64,000 nucleotides of DNA. It comes from Paraspadella gotoi. Taxonomy: Eukaryota; Animalia; Chaetognatha. Position numbers and translations under genes: made by a program. Positions 21,501-34,000 of this stretch are shown piece after piece. The notes beneath the pieces were generated by a model. It saw only the letters and a list, made by a program, of their open reading frames with translations, was not told the origin of the DNA and did not search any database. The number at the start of each line of letters is the position of its first letter. Position 1 is the stretch's first letter. The stretch covers positions 1,742,037-1,806,036 of the forward strand of contig JBJCIZ010000744.1 in the NCBI GenBank assembly GCA_051294375.1, given 5' to 3'.

Positions 21501-24500
21501 GGGATCGATGGATCGAAAACTTTCGTCAAAAAGTCGGGCGACGTTAAAATGACGACGACGACGACGAAGAAGAAGATGAAAAGACCTTCGACGGATTTCG
21601 CCGAATCGTCCGAGCGAAAATCCCTTGGCGACGATTCCTTAAAGGCGAACGCTTCAGCGACGATCGCCCCGAAGGAGAAGTCGGGGCGAAAACTGGGCGG
21701 GGAAATAGGAACGACGACGAAAAAGTTTCGGACACCAAAGAGTGAGCGCCTTTCGAAGGGGGAGAGCGAAAGCGCTGGAGCAGCTTCGCGAACGGCGTCG
21801 TGCGGTGGAGCGCCGGATGACGGAGCGAATGCTGGAGCGGAGAGGGCGGCGGCGATTGGTGGAGCGACCGGTGACGTTCCCGGAGCGGAGAGGATCGTCG
21901 AGAAGGAAGAAGGAAAGACGGAGGAAAAAGTTGAAGGTATGACCGAGTGTGGAAATGGTGTGGGCTAATTTAAAGTTGTGATAATGGAATTATATTTAGT
22001 TTAGCTAAATACACATACTTCGGAATGATTTATTAATTTTTCGTTATTCAGGTTCTTTTTTTTAAACTACTACTCTATGCAAATGAGAATATGTTCTCCA
22101 TAACAAACAACCATTTCAACCTTCTCCCCTCATCTCTCTCCAGCTCCTCTTCCTCCTCCTCCTCATCCTCCTAATCCTCCCGCCTCGGAATCCGTCGTGG
22201 AGAAACTCAAACGTCTCTTGGGCGAAGAGTCTCTCCCGACGCCGACTCTGTCTTCAACCAAGCCTCAGGAATATTTCTCCACGCTGAACAAAACCCTGCG
22301 GAGCGGCGTCTCCGCGGCGACGTCGGCGTCGGAGCGGCCGCGGCAGCCCGGCGAAGCGTTGAAGGACGATCCCGATCTTTACTTTCATCCCGAGGATCCG
22401 GGAAGCTTCAACGTACAGTACGGACTCTGGTCCGTCGGTCCGTTCGGACTACTCGTACGGAGCTCAGTCGACGCTTACGTACCGCCAGGTTTTTTTAAAG
22501 GATTTTCAAAGGGGGGGGGGTGGAAATTGCTGAGGTTGTTGATAATTTTGGTTTGATTTCGGTCCGTTTTGTTTTATTGTTTTGTTGGTTTTAGTTATGT
22601 TTTGTGTTTTAGGTTTGTAGCGTAATTTTTGTTTGGTTAAATTGTAGTTTTCTGTTGTTTCTAGTTTGTATTATTAAATTCGTTTGACGCTTCGATTAAA
22701 CGAGAGATAAAAATTAGTTTTCGGTTCTTGGCTTGAGGTTCGAGTGATCCTTTTTTCAGGATAAAAATGAATACATGAACCTGTACTGGGGACACTTTCA
22801 CATTAAATTCCTTTGCCTCGTCAACTTGTCCCCCAGAGTTCTCAATTTAATAATAATATTCCAGTTCAAATTGTCGGGTTCGTTAATGCATTGTTTAATA
22901 TTCAAATACATATGTATTCGTTTTAGAACGATTTTGGGGCTTGACTTTTTTATTTAAATATCGTTGCTTTAAACCTCGCGGTCGTACAAATTATTTTTCG
23001 TTTTCAGGAGTGGACGGGATCATGCGGAATCACGGCATCACCTTCTCCACCAAGTTGGAGTATCAGGCCAAATTCGGTTGCGAGAAGACGCGATACTGCG
23101 AGGTGGTGAGGGAATGGGTCGACACTTACCTCACGCAGAGTACAAAGTGCTTCAGGGCGAGGTAAGGGCTGAGGAAGCTGAGTGGGTGTTTCTGGATGAG
23201 ATTTTTGGACAACGTGGTAATATTATATTATAGCAATATTATACAAAGCCAGCTTATTTATTGAATGAATGGTTAATTTAATATTGATTGTACCAATTTC
23301 ATAAAATTCAACTTATGGTGGACTAAAATCCACCAACCGTTCATCAGCGGCCATTGGTGCCGGAGGAAAGTCATTCGCCTCCCAACCCAAAGGTCCGGGG
23401 TTCTAGCCCGGTGGTCGCCTAGCAGTTAAGAGGGACGGGGCGCTTAACCCGCCTGTAACACGGTGTTACAGCCTGATCCGAAGCTCAGGGACTGCTTGTA
23501 TTGAACGGTTCTGTCATTAATACATAACAATAATTACTGTCTCTTCAAACTCTTTGTATTTTGACACAATATGGTATTCCCTGATCTAATATTTAAGGAA
23601 GTGGTCTTTTCATACAATTAAAGCGTTCTTTGAAATTCCATTTCATTGTTAGGGAAGCCAGGAACTCTGGGACTAAATAAACGAGACTGTGAGAGAGTTT
23701 TGATTAAAAGCTTGCAGGGTCCTGCTATGTTATTACCTTGTGTGATGGAGGCCTTAACCCACCAAAGCCTGCCCAAAGTCAGGGGCAAGATAGCTTTATT
23801 TATTGAAGGAATGGATAATTTTATATTATTAAACAATTAACATTGAAACCGCCCACGAAAAAGTTATAAGTACATGTATTTTAATTTTTTCATTTAATTC
23901 ATTTAATTCTTCCTTTCTATTCCTTTAACCATCTGCAGAATCAACATCTACCTCGGCAAACCTATGCTCTTCGAAGACCTCTACCCACCGAATCTGGACG
24001 AAGAGTTGGAGGAGGTGTGCCACTTGAGCGGCCTCGACGTCTCCGCCTTCCTCTTCTCCTTCTTCGAGGCGATGCTGGCTCTTCCGCCCGGCAACTTCCT
24101 CTTGGATCACCCCGTCGGAGAAGGGGAGTGTCAAGTCTTGAAGGCAGTGGCGGAGGACGAGGCTTGGACTCACACTATTGGAGAGTAAGTGGAAGGGAGA
24201 AAGAAAGATGGGTTATAAAGACAAAATATAAAGAAAGAAATATGGGATTGAAAGACAAAAGAGATAGTAGATAGAAAGCCGGATGGTAAAGAATGACTGA
24301 ATAATAAGAGAAAGCTAAGAAAGATAGAAGAAAGAAATATGGGAAAGACGGAAAGAAAAACTAATTGGAAAGAAAGATGGGATAGAAAGACAAATTTAAA
24401 AAAAAATGATAGAGATCAATATGAATGAATGAGTACTCATGAACGAAAATGACTGCTTGAAATGGAAACTGAACGTATAAATAAATAAATAAATAAATGA

Positions 24501-25070
24501 GAAGATTTAACCAATGAATCAACGAATGCATGAATAAATGAATAAATGAAGAACAACAAGAATGAATGAATGAGATTTTGGAGGACAAGAACGAGGCCTT
24601 GGACGCACAATATCGTAGAGAGCGCAGCCTACCAAATATACCCCACAACAAATCCCATTTAATCTCGACTTTCCCCCCCCCCCACCTCTCCGAATCCAGC
24701 CACGCCACCCTCGCCACCAAACCCACTCTCCCCCCAGCCCCCACCACCGTCTCCAACTTCCCCCTTCTCCCCTCGATCCCTCGATCCTCCTCTTCTTCCA
24801 AAAAGCCAACGGTCGAATCCCCGCTTCCTTCATTCCTCGAGACTTCGAGCCGGATTCTTCACGGCCAAGAAGCGTCAGCGGGTGGAGGCCGTGGAGACGA
24901 AGCGGGCAGCGAAACGGGCGGAGCGGAAGAGAAAGTACGAAGAGAAGAAGCGGGCAGAAGCGGGTGAGCGGGCGAGGCTGGAGGCGTTGACGGAGGCGGG
25001 AGGCGAGGAAGGGGTGGAGGAGCCGATGGGATATCAACCGATGGGGTTCAAGTTTGGGCAGATGAAGTAG
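14157..25070 (+). CDS. ICE2: Little elongation complex subunit 2 (ICE2/NARG2) homolog, ~12 exons
   Basis: Exons 14157-14297, 14493-15085, 15307-15556, 15851-16410, 16798-17251, 17525-17787, 18531-19094, 21290-21936, 22144-22488, 23008-23161, 23939-24184, ~24700-25070 (last exon has apparent indels). Motifs YPRHSDLEASEQRDYL, WQIPVVV...KVVYLDKPLP....TPREMNEIF, and NARG2_C-type FNVQYGLWSVGPFGLLVRSSVD, TKLEYQAKFGCE, LPPGNFLLDH and PLDPSILLFFQKANGRIPASF. Confidence 0.88.
16437..16619 (+). mobile_element. 5'-truncated tRNA-derived SINE (family B)
   Basis: B-box gggttcaatccc, then a body (ggttctggcttaaatg.gacg...ccagtgacaggaggcggtca...gagataccccgcg.cccgggtatcac...ttgccata) shared with 19196-19449. 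Confidence 0.8.
19196..19449 (-). mobile_element. tRNA-derived SINE (family B), near full length
   Basis: Minus strand has an A-box-like tggctgagcagg, a B-box-like gggttccatccc and the same body as 16437-16619. It is preceded by the hairpin ggcagc-aagacttaaa-gctgcc. Confidence 0.8.
19987..20814 (-). CDS. NAT16/histidine N-acetyltransferase-like C-terminal region, antisense within an ICE2 intron; 5' end uncertain
   Basis: Exons ~20814-20438 and 20225-19987 are joined by a phase-1 GT(cagt)..tttAG intron. Translation includes LLSSSACQQRLVPSGSFLFSF...VQRLTFCTTRGIGFNSGVRLIVDFYGD...LHLRR...EFGFELKGSLLFYGLEIDI*, resembling the remembered NAT16 C-terminal domain (LLLSP.VQ..VLPGG, VLTLCT.P, LNID.FG.D, LGLEL...YLLEADI*). 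Confidence 0.62.
23315..23520 (+). mobile_element. Interspersed element with a tRNA-Gly(CCC)-like core (23347-23419)
   Basis: 7-bp acceptor-like stem gcggcca/tggtcgc, anticodon-like loop ctcccaa and B-box-like ggttctagcc. Flanked by the hairpin ggtgga-ctaaaa-tccacc and an inverted pair aaccgttca/tgaacggtt. A second copy lies at 1-125. Confidence 0.7.
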
Positions 25071-25930
25071 ACGAAAATTTTAAAGAGGGAGAGAACTACT
25101 TATTTACTATTTATATAAACTAACGAGGCAAAAAGTATATCACATATTTAGTGGCGCACATCTACTCGAAAACTTGTTCGATTTAAAAAAAAATGTTCTG
25201 TTCTGTTCTGAATGTTTGAGATTCTATATTAAATTTCCTTTCGATTCTATTTTTTATAGCTCAAATGGTATAGGCAAAAAAAGATCGCTACCGAAAGTGA
25301 AAAATGGCGAAAAAATCAGTTAGTCTTCCTCCCCTATTAATTTATCAGCAATAGACTTGGACTCGCGTTAAAAGTGTGGAAAAATATCTCACCATCACAC
25401 CTGAATTCGCTGTACGAGAACATGCCCAGACGAATGCAGGCGGTAGTCAATGTTATGATTTGTTAAGATCACAAATTGAAAGTCAGAAAGAATTATCGTG
25501 ATTTATCATCGGATAAGCTTATTACCTACCGCTTAATTATCGAAGGCAGTTCCGACGTTGTTTGCTCAAACTTGTTTCTTTCCAAATAAAAAAACGCAAC
25601 GAAAAGAGAGAACTTACACGATATTAATTATAATAATTACAAGATAATAACATGGAAGGACCCTGCAAAGCTTTCAATAAAGACTATTACAGTACGTGAC
25701 TCTTCTATCAATTGTTTAAAATATATGAAAGGACCACTTCGCACTCCCTAAAGTATGTTTAATTAAAACTTCATACAGGGCAGGGTAACTTCACGATTTG
25801 CAGTCAAAATATTTTGTCAAAAAAAAGTAGGAGAGCCAAGGGCTCTGTGAGTTAATAAACCAGAATGATTAATTGAAAGCTTGCAAGGCCCTTCTATGAA
25901 AAATCAAGTTCAAGTTCAACCTTCAATCCT

Positions 25931-26162
25931 TTCCAAATTCAGGGACAAGATATCTTACTTATCTTCCAAATTCAGGGACAAGATATCTTACTTATCTTCC
26001 AAATACAGGGACAAGATATCTTACTTATCTTCCAAATTCAGGGACAAGATATCTTACTTATCTTCCAAATTTAGGGACAAGATATCTTACTTATCTTCCA
26101 AATTCAGGGACAAGATATCTTACTTATCTTCCAAATTCAGGGACAAGATATCTTACTTATTG
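25931..26162. repeat. 33-bp tandem repeat, 7 copies, expanded from within a family C element
   Basis: Unit ttccaaattcagggacaagatatcttacttatc. It accounts for the spurious SKFRDKISYLS ORF at 25881-26213. Confidence 0.92.
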
Positions 26163-27972
26163 AATAAAAAACAATTTTTACATTGGTTTCACCTATGTAA
26201 CAAAGCAGCATGAAAAATGATTTTTGTTTTGTCTTCAAATGGAGTTTTTTTATTGACTCAAATTTAAACTCAGACATTGGAGCGACTTCCCTCGCTCTAC
26301 CTCTTTTCTATTTTCCGGTCGATATGAACTTGTAGGAGCAGGAAACTGGAAAGCGATAAAGAACTGGGACGAACCGACTGGAGCAAAGAAGACCACAAAG
26401 ACCTAGCGGCTCCATTTTTTGCTCTGCTGGGGACCATCTTTACTGCAGCGGCTGAGTGAGCGTTCCTGGGTTTCGTAGGAGCGGAAGGCAAAAAAGTCTT
26501 TTTGTTGCTCCTGCTTCTTGGACCGCCGCTCCAGCGATCACGCGCAGGCCGCTCCTGTCGTGGTGGAAAAAGAAAAATCCGGGGGCAACTGGAGCGAAAA
26601 TGTAGCGGTTGCGTAGGAGCAAAAAAAGAGAGAGGGAGAGAGAGACTGGCTGCTCGGTGCCACCGTTGCGTGCCATCGCTAACGGTGGCGGCGGCGGCGG
26701 CGCAGCGCAGTCGGCTGTTCTTCCGTAGCAGATTTCTGCGTTATTGGAAAAAAAAAAATTCTGGTTCCATCATTCTCTCTCTCTCTTTTTCTCTCTCTCT
26801 CTCTCTCTCTGATTTTTTTAAACACCTCGGTTCGATTATTGGTTTAAAAGATTGACTAATTTTTTTATGCTAATATTTTATTTTTTTTCGCTTTTTTCTT
26901 CTCATTTTCTAACGTTCCTCTCTCTCTTTCTCTCCCCCTCTCTCTCCCCCTCTCTCTCTCTCCTTCTCTCTCTCTCCATCTCTCTCTCTCTCTTTTCTAC
27001 TATTTTCTCTCTATTATCCGTTCTCTTCTTTTCCTCGATTTATGTCTCTTCAAAAAAAAATGAAGAAACAGAAAAAAAAAAAAACCAAAGGTTCTAAAGA
27101 ATAAAAATGGGTTTTTGATTTCCAGAGGAAAAAGTAAAGGACGGGAAAAGAGGAAAAAAGGAGGACGTTTAAGGATGAAATGAAAAGAATGATAATAAAA
27201 CAGTCAAAATGCTTTCATCCCTTCTTATCGTATAACCGATTCCTAACTTTCTCTTTTTTTTGGTTGAAGCGCAGAGAAAGGGAGAGAGAGAGAGAGGGGA
27301 CAGATAAAGTAACCGTGACAGAGCTTTAGGGGGGGTGGGTAGGGGGCGAGAGAGAACAGATTTGGGGGGGCGGAAGTCTTTGGTTTCCCCTCATTAAATT
27401 TCCATTTCTTCTCTTCTTTATCCTTTTTTTTTTTCCCTCTTTTTGATAACAGCATTTCGCCATCTCGCGGCTTTTAAGAAAACGATATCGAATCCCTAGG
27501 TTTTTTTTTTCTCTTTTCTTTTAAAAGAGAGAGAGAGAGAGAGAGTAAACGTGAGAGGGCGTGGTCTTGAGTGAAGCAAAGGATATTTTGAAAAGCTTTT
27601 TTTTATTAATTTTAGATTATCTTATAATAAAAATTATTTAATTTGCAAAATAATGCATCAACAATTACAATGAAAATTTAAAGACATTAAAATTTTTTTC
27701 CCAATGTTATCCCACCGAGTTCTAGTTTTATAATAGAAATCAAAATGACAAACTTTTTTTTAAAACCGTTTCTCTTTCGCTGTTTTTTATTTCCTCGTTT
27801 TTGTAAGTATGAGTTTTTTGTTTTCTTTGTTTTTTTTATTTTTTGCATTTATATTTATAAAATAAGCTCACTGGAAAATAAATTGTCGTTGACCGTCTTG
27901 TATCTTAAGTCATATAATTTTTAATCAAATTTTAATCTCTGAGAGACAAGTTTGATCAAGACTGTTCGAAAT

Positions 27973-28026
<54 letters not shown>

Positions 28027-31000
28027 GAAATGATTATAATTTCGTTCGTCGTCTTAAATTCCTCGCAATTTTTCTCGATTGTTTCATGCAAATTTATGTA
28101 AACGTCTCTTCAAACGCGAACGAATCCAAAGAGAAAAAGGAGATGAGAAAAAAAGGAAACGAAAAGGAAAAAAAGGAAAACGTAAAGGAAAAAAGGAAAC
28201 AAAAAAAAGGAAACGGAAAAAGAAACCAACAAGAAACATGAATGAAAAAATGGAAAACTGATGCCAGTTGACAAGTAGAAATGTGTTGAAACAATAACCG
28301 AGATTCAAATGTGTGTTTCGCCTCGGGGATTTTCTTATGTATTTTTAACATGCACTGTATCTGAAAACGTTTTTTATTCTTCATTTTTTTTTAAAAACAA
28401 AAGGTTTTGCTAACAGTCGCTGAGATTTGAGGTTCCTTCCCGCTCATAAAAAATAACGAAAGAGCAACCAAATATAAGGAGCAGTAAATTTTGGGTCATG
28501 CGATCGATTTTTAACGTGATCAAAACGGGGTCAAAATTGATCACGAGGAGTTCTGTAATATAAAATTCAATCATATATTTAATTAATATAACTAGTGGAG
28601 CGCAGTATAACATTGAAGCATTTAAATATTTATCAATTTATAGGCACTGAAAAAAAAATTATATAAAGTTGTTTTTTTTTTTTAAGAACGGATTCAGAAA
28701 GCCCATACAAATTTATCTACAAAAAGTATAATACGTTTTTCAATATTTCGCTGATAAGTGGGTTAAATAAGGGAAAAACCTTTAAAAATCATCATCATCA
28801 TCATTTCAGATGGAATAAGAACCAAGAATTGAATCGGATCCGCGATTGGCTGAATCATCGTCGGAATCAACCAATGAGAAGACGGGCTTCTTGCCATCGG
28901 GAAAACGAGCCCGTGTCGTTGATCCGATTGTATGCTATAATTATAGTATAAGTACTATTATAGTATAAATACTTGACCATTTTGTACTGAATCAATCTGT
29001 CTCAAATTCTGGACACTGTCTTGCGCTTGGTCTTACTCATATAATAGGAACACCTTCGTACGTCTTTCTCTTATCCTTTCTCTTAGCCTTTTATTGGGCT
29101 CTTCAACAACTTTTATAGGACTCGGTTCTTCGTCGGATGGCCCGAACTGCTCGTCCAGAGGGGCAGAATTTGCAGCCTTTGCTTTCGGAAGTTAAAGGCT
29201 CTCGAGCTACATTAGTAGTTTCTTTGAACAACGAATTTTTATTTTTAATTAATTTTTTTAAATTTAATTTAAAAGAAACATCTCGCATATTGATTATTTT
29301 AATTGTTTAAACAATTAATTAATTAAATATTTAATTAAATAACCGCTAATGATCGTGGGCAGATCCGACTTTGATTGCTCAAACTTGTTTAAACAATTAA
29401 TATAATTAATATGCACATTACACGAAATGTTTTAAAAATATAAAAAATTAATTAATTAATTAATTAATTTGATCCTCCTCCCCTCTTCCTCCACCTCCTC
29501 CCCCTCCCCTCTTTCTCTTCCCTTCTCCCTCCATTAACATCATCCACGCCTTCCCCCTCGCTTCATTCCCTCCCCCATCGTGATAGGCGTCGTTAGACGT
29601 TACTTTCTTCAGGCGAAACGTAAAATCTAATTTGCATATTATCGGTTTCTTCTTTCGCGATCGCGTGCGTCTTCCGCCGCGAGTGCGTCGCGTGATGGAG
29701 AGAGAGAGAGAGATATGATCTTTCTCTCTTTATCTTCTCAACTTCTGATCCATTCGCGCCTCACGACGCTTAGCGCCGCATCTGGGCGTCAAAGGAATGT
29801 AAAAAAAAAAGCGATAGATTGGAAATTAAATGAGGAGAATTAATTTGAATCTTCTAAAGGGATGTGATTAAAAATAATTTTAAACCTATTGACTTTCCTA
29901 ATACTAAATCACAATCCGTGATCAAATCTTTAACCACAATTCATAACCTTCATCTCACATTTTAAATCCGAAACCATTTTCAATTAGTCGATTGAGATTA
30001 CCTTCCATCTTGTTAAACAAAAACTGACCAATGGGAACGACTTTGAGGACGCATTTCGACGCAAATCTTGGAATTCTCAATCACTAATAATACTTTTATC
30101 TTTTGAAAACTTCTAGTAAGGTTTTTCTGGCATCCCAAACCTTTCCCCTCGGTTCAACGCCCCCGCGAAATCCGTTGAGATACGAAAAATGGCGCCGGCA
30201 TGAATTGACGATTGCAACATCTTAAGTCGGGGAGAGATTCGCCTTTGTTTATAGGGAATAAGAAGCACGCCGGGTTTAGGATTGACTCCGGCGCGTCTTT
30301 TACGAAAAGCGCCTTCGAAGGTTCAACCACCTGATTAGCCCCCCCCCCCAGATTACTTCGATCAGGTCGGGTAAGGGGAGTCGATAATGTGGGCGTGGCA
30401 AAAGTTGACTCAGATGTCAAACGACGTCGTCGGCGTCCGAAGCGCCTGGCAGTTTTTCTCCTCATGAATGCGAAAATCGGTCGTGATCGATGTCCCGGTG
30501 CGCGGAGCCGCAGAGCCGCTGAACCGCAGAGCCGCAGAAGCCGCTTAATAATTTAGTCGCTCGGAAGGATTGAGGTCGTCGCTGGGAAATCGTCGTCGTT
30601 ATCGTCGTCGTCTTAACATCGTAACTTGTCACCGATTAATTTTTGATCAAAATCCTTTTTATTTATTTATATATTTATTCATTTACTTATTTAATTCTTT
30701 CTTTCTTTGTTCTTTCTTTCTTTCTTTCATTTCGATTTTTTTTTTTCAATGGCGCTACACCAAAATATTAATTTATCTATATACTAAGTGTTAGTTACTT
30801 CGTTAAAACTAATTTGCATATTGCAGTTTAAATTCTATATTGTATTTTTAGTTTTTTCAAAAAAACCAAGTAATTCAAAAGACAATTATTTTTTATCAAG
30901 GTATTTATCCGGGTATTTATTATTGTTAAAACTGATTATAATACATTTTCGTATTCAGTATAATAAAATAATAATATATATAAGGGCTCATTCTTTTTGA

Positions 31001-34000
31001 TCTAATACTAATAACAATGTACTTGAAGTACTAAGCGAAAATCTTTAATCGTTAGCCTCTCCAATAATACACAAAAAAATTTCTGTGCGTTTAGAAAATG
31101 TGAATAATATAAATGTAAATAAATAATTTAAATGATCCTAAACGAAATGACAGGGGAAGAGCTAAAAAGGATCTCAAACTTTAGAGAGAAGGATCTCAAG
31201 GTGACCCAGTGATAAAAATGATATCATCAGGTTAAGGGTTTATCATCAAAGTAATTTAAATGGTGCTAATTTTATTTCAAGAGCGTTCGTCAGAAAAAGA
31301 AATAATAAAGGAAGTCAAACTAGAAAAAAGATTTGTTTTAAAGTTTTCCAATTATTTCACTGGCTCAACCGATTTAAATTTTTTTTGTGCACCGATCGAT
31401 AGCTCATTAAAAGAAGTTCATTTTTTACATTTTTTTTTCAGTTTAACTAAAAACATTGACATATTTGAAGCATGAAAGTGGGAACTTTTTTATGCGCCGG
31501 AGTGTAGAAGATCTTATGGTACCTTACCTTCCTACCTAATATGAACTGGAGAAATAAATTATTTTTTGACCGACCGACCGACCGAAAAGTGACTCATCGA
31601 GTTGCTCCGCGAGTACTCGCGGCGCAACGAAAAAAAAACCCCGCCAGGTTTGTTAAAAATAGAGACGGCGAAGTTATATATAACCCGGTCGATCGCTCAT
31701 AAAATAACTAAGAACGAAAAAAAAAAACCTGGTACGGTCGCATGAAAAGAAATCGTAAAAACGGATTAGATGACAGTTAACGATTACGGAGAGAGAGAGA
31801 GAGAGAGAGGAGAGAAACTCCTTAGTTTATGAAATCGAAGCGGCAGGTGGTGGGTCGGTGCCTGCATAACTATAGGCTTAGCGATAATTCTTCTTGACTC
31901 ACGCGGCGCGAGAACACGTTTGCCCCCACGCCTCGTTATACTCTGTGATATTCTTTCTATAGAGTTATTGAAACAATGATGTTTTTATTCCGGCCGTGCT
32001 ACTTTTTAGATTTAATTTGAAAAAAAAAACTTAAACGGTTAGATTTGCACTCCATTTTCGCGGGAGTTGGTTGAGAAGCAAGAGAGAGAGAGAGATGAGA
32101 GATAGAGAGATGAGAGAAAGAGAGATGAGAGATAGAGAGAGAGAGAAAGAGAGAGAGAGATAGAGAGAGAGATGAACGCTTACGTCAATATCTCAACGTA
32201 ATACGACAGGTCAAAAGCAATTTGGGGAAAATGGTAGAAACCAGAGAAAGATCTGAAAGAATGAAGGGAGGCTGGAGTAAGGCGATTTAAGTAAGTAAAG
32301 AGAGGGGGGGGACTGAGGCGAGTAAGTTAAACGAGAATAGTAAGGCGAGTAAGTTAAGTTAATCGAGAAGAAACTTTTTGAAGATATTCAACTCATGAAG
32401 GAAAGAAAAGGCTGAAAAAAAAAGACCGCAGTCGCCCCCCCCACCCCCCCCAAAAAAAAGGTTGGCCGCCAAAAGGGACCCTCGGGGATTTTGGGGGGCA
32501 GGATTCGCTTCCGCCCCCACGCCTCGCCCCTTTTCACTCTACCCATCCAATCCCACGCAGTCACCCCTCCAGCATCTCCTATCGCCCTTAGCCGGACACA
32601 ATTTACGACCCGCGAGACCCGAGGAGCTCGTCGGTTCAATAAGATGGCGCTCGAGCTATGGTAGGCGATGCGTTTGGCAGGCGAAATGACACGTCGGGAG
32701 TGACAGGTTGAGTGACAGAGCGAGTGACCTGGCGTGCGAGACGTTGAATGACACGGCGAGTGACAGAGGGATGGACACGGTGAGAAGACACTGGAAAAAA
32801 AAGGGAAAAAAATCTTTAAAAATTTCTATGTACTTATTAAGAAATTGTTTTGCTCCAAACCTAACCTTAATTCTCAATTTTAACTTAATTTTTAAGCTTA
32901 ACCAAAAATATTAATTTAAAAAAATTTAATCCATAAATTTTAATCTTAAACTTAAGTTCTTAACCATTTGTAAAAAAAATATCTACAGATTAGTATTCAC
33001 TAATATGATAGTTTTCAAAATATAACTACTAAATTTTGATTCCAAACTTTCACTTCACCATAGAAATCAGAAAACTAATCTAATTCTAATCCTTAACTTA
33101 ATCCTAAACTAATTATCTAACTTTAAACTTAAATCTCATTTTTTTAATTTAAAAATTTATTTAGTTTTTAATTTAAAATTGAAATGGGCCGTTCTGGGAA
33201 AATAAAGCTTTGACGTCCCCTTCCTTTTTCTTCCTCTTCTTTTTCCCGTAAAAACGTCGGACAAAAGACGAGATGGCGGATTGTGAGAGATGGCACTAAA
33301 ATGGGGATTATGGCAAATGGCGAATCGGGAGGAAGTTGGGGGGGGGGAAGTCGGAAATGAAACCGGAAGATATAGATGGAATTGGGAAGATATGGATAGG
33401 GAAAAAAATGGGGGGAAGAGATGGAAGTGAAAGTTAAGTGAGGCGTGGAGATTTGGAAATTGGTCACTTCCTGTCGCCGACCACCAAATCTGGGAAACTC
33501 GTTATCGTTGCCATCATCGTCGTTGTTTTTCTCGTGGTCGGTGACCCGAGAAAAATACCTAAAAATTATCTGATCAGCTGCTTACCACTAATGATCGTTG
33601 GCAGTTCCGGCATTGTTTGTTCATACTTTTTTCTTAAGTATTTTACAAAGAATTGCCGTATCTGAAAACTCCAGGTTCGAATTCCTGGCAAGGACGTTTG
33701 GCCAAATTTTACTGTGTTCACAACCAGAAGGTTAGGATTTCCGCTTAGTTTAATGAGGGACGTTTGATTCCAAAGGTCATTAAAATGTTACATCCTATTT
33801 TTTTTAAAACTCGTCAGCATTCAACAATAATAAGTAGACAGGCAAGTTACATGGTTGTTTATAATGTTATTTTAAATATTTTACATTTACTGATAGGAAA
33901 TGATGTCAATATTGTTGATGTAACATTTCAAATCAATCGACCCACGCGTTTAAAAGTAATCTACAAAAAAAGGTCCTTTTCCACGCCCAATTTTTAAAAC

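Noticed and set aside
31470-31505. TA-flanked Tc1/mariner-like end (and another at ~41420-41446)
   Set aside because: No partner TIR or transposase remnant found, so no element can be delimited.
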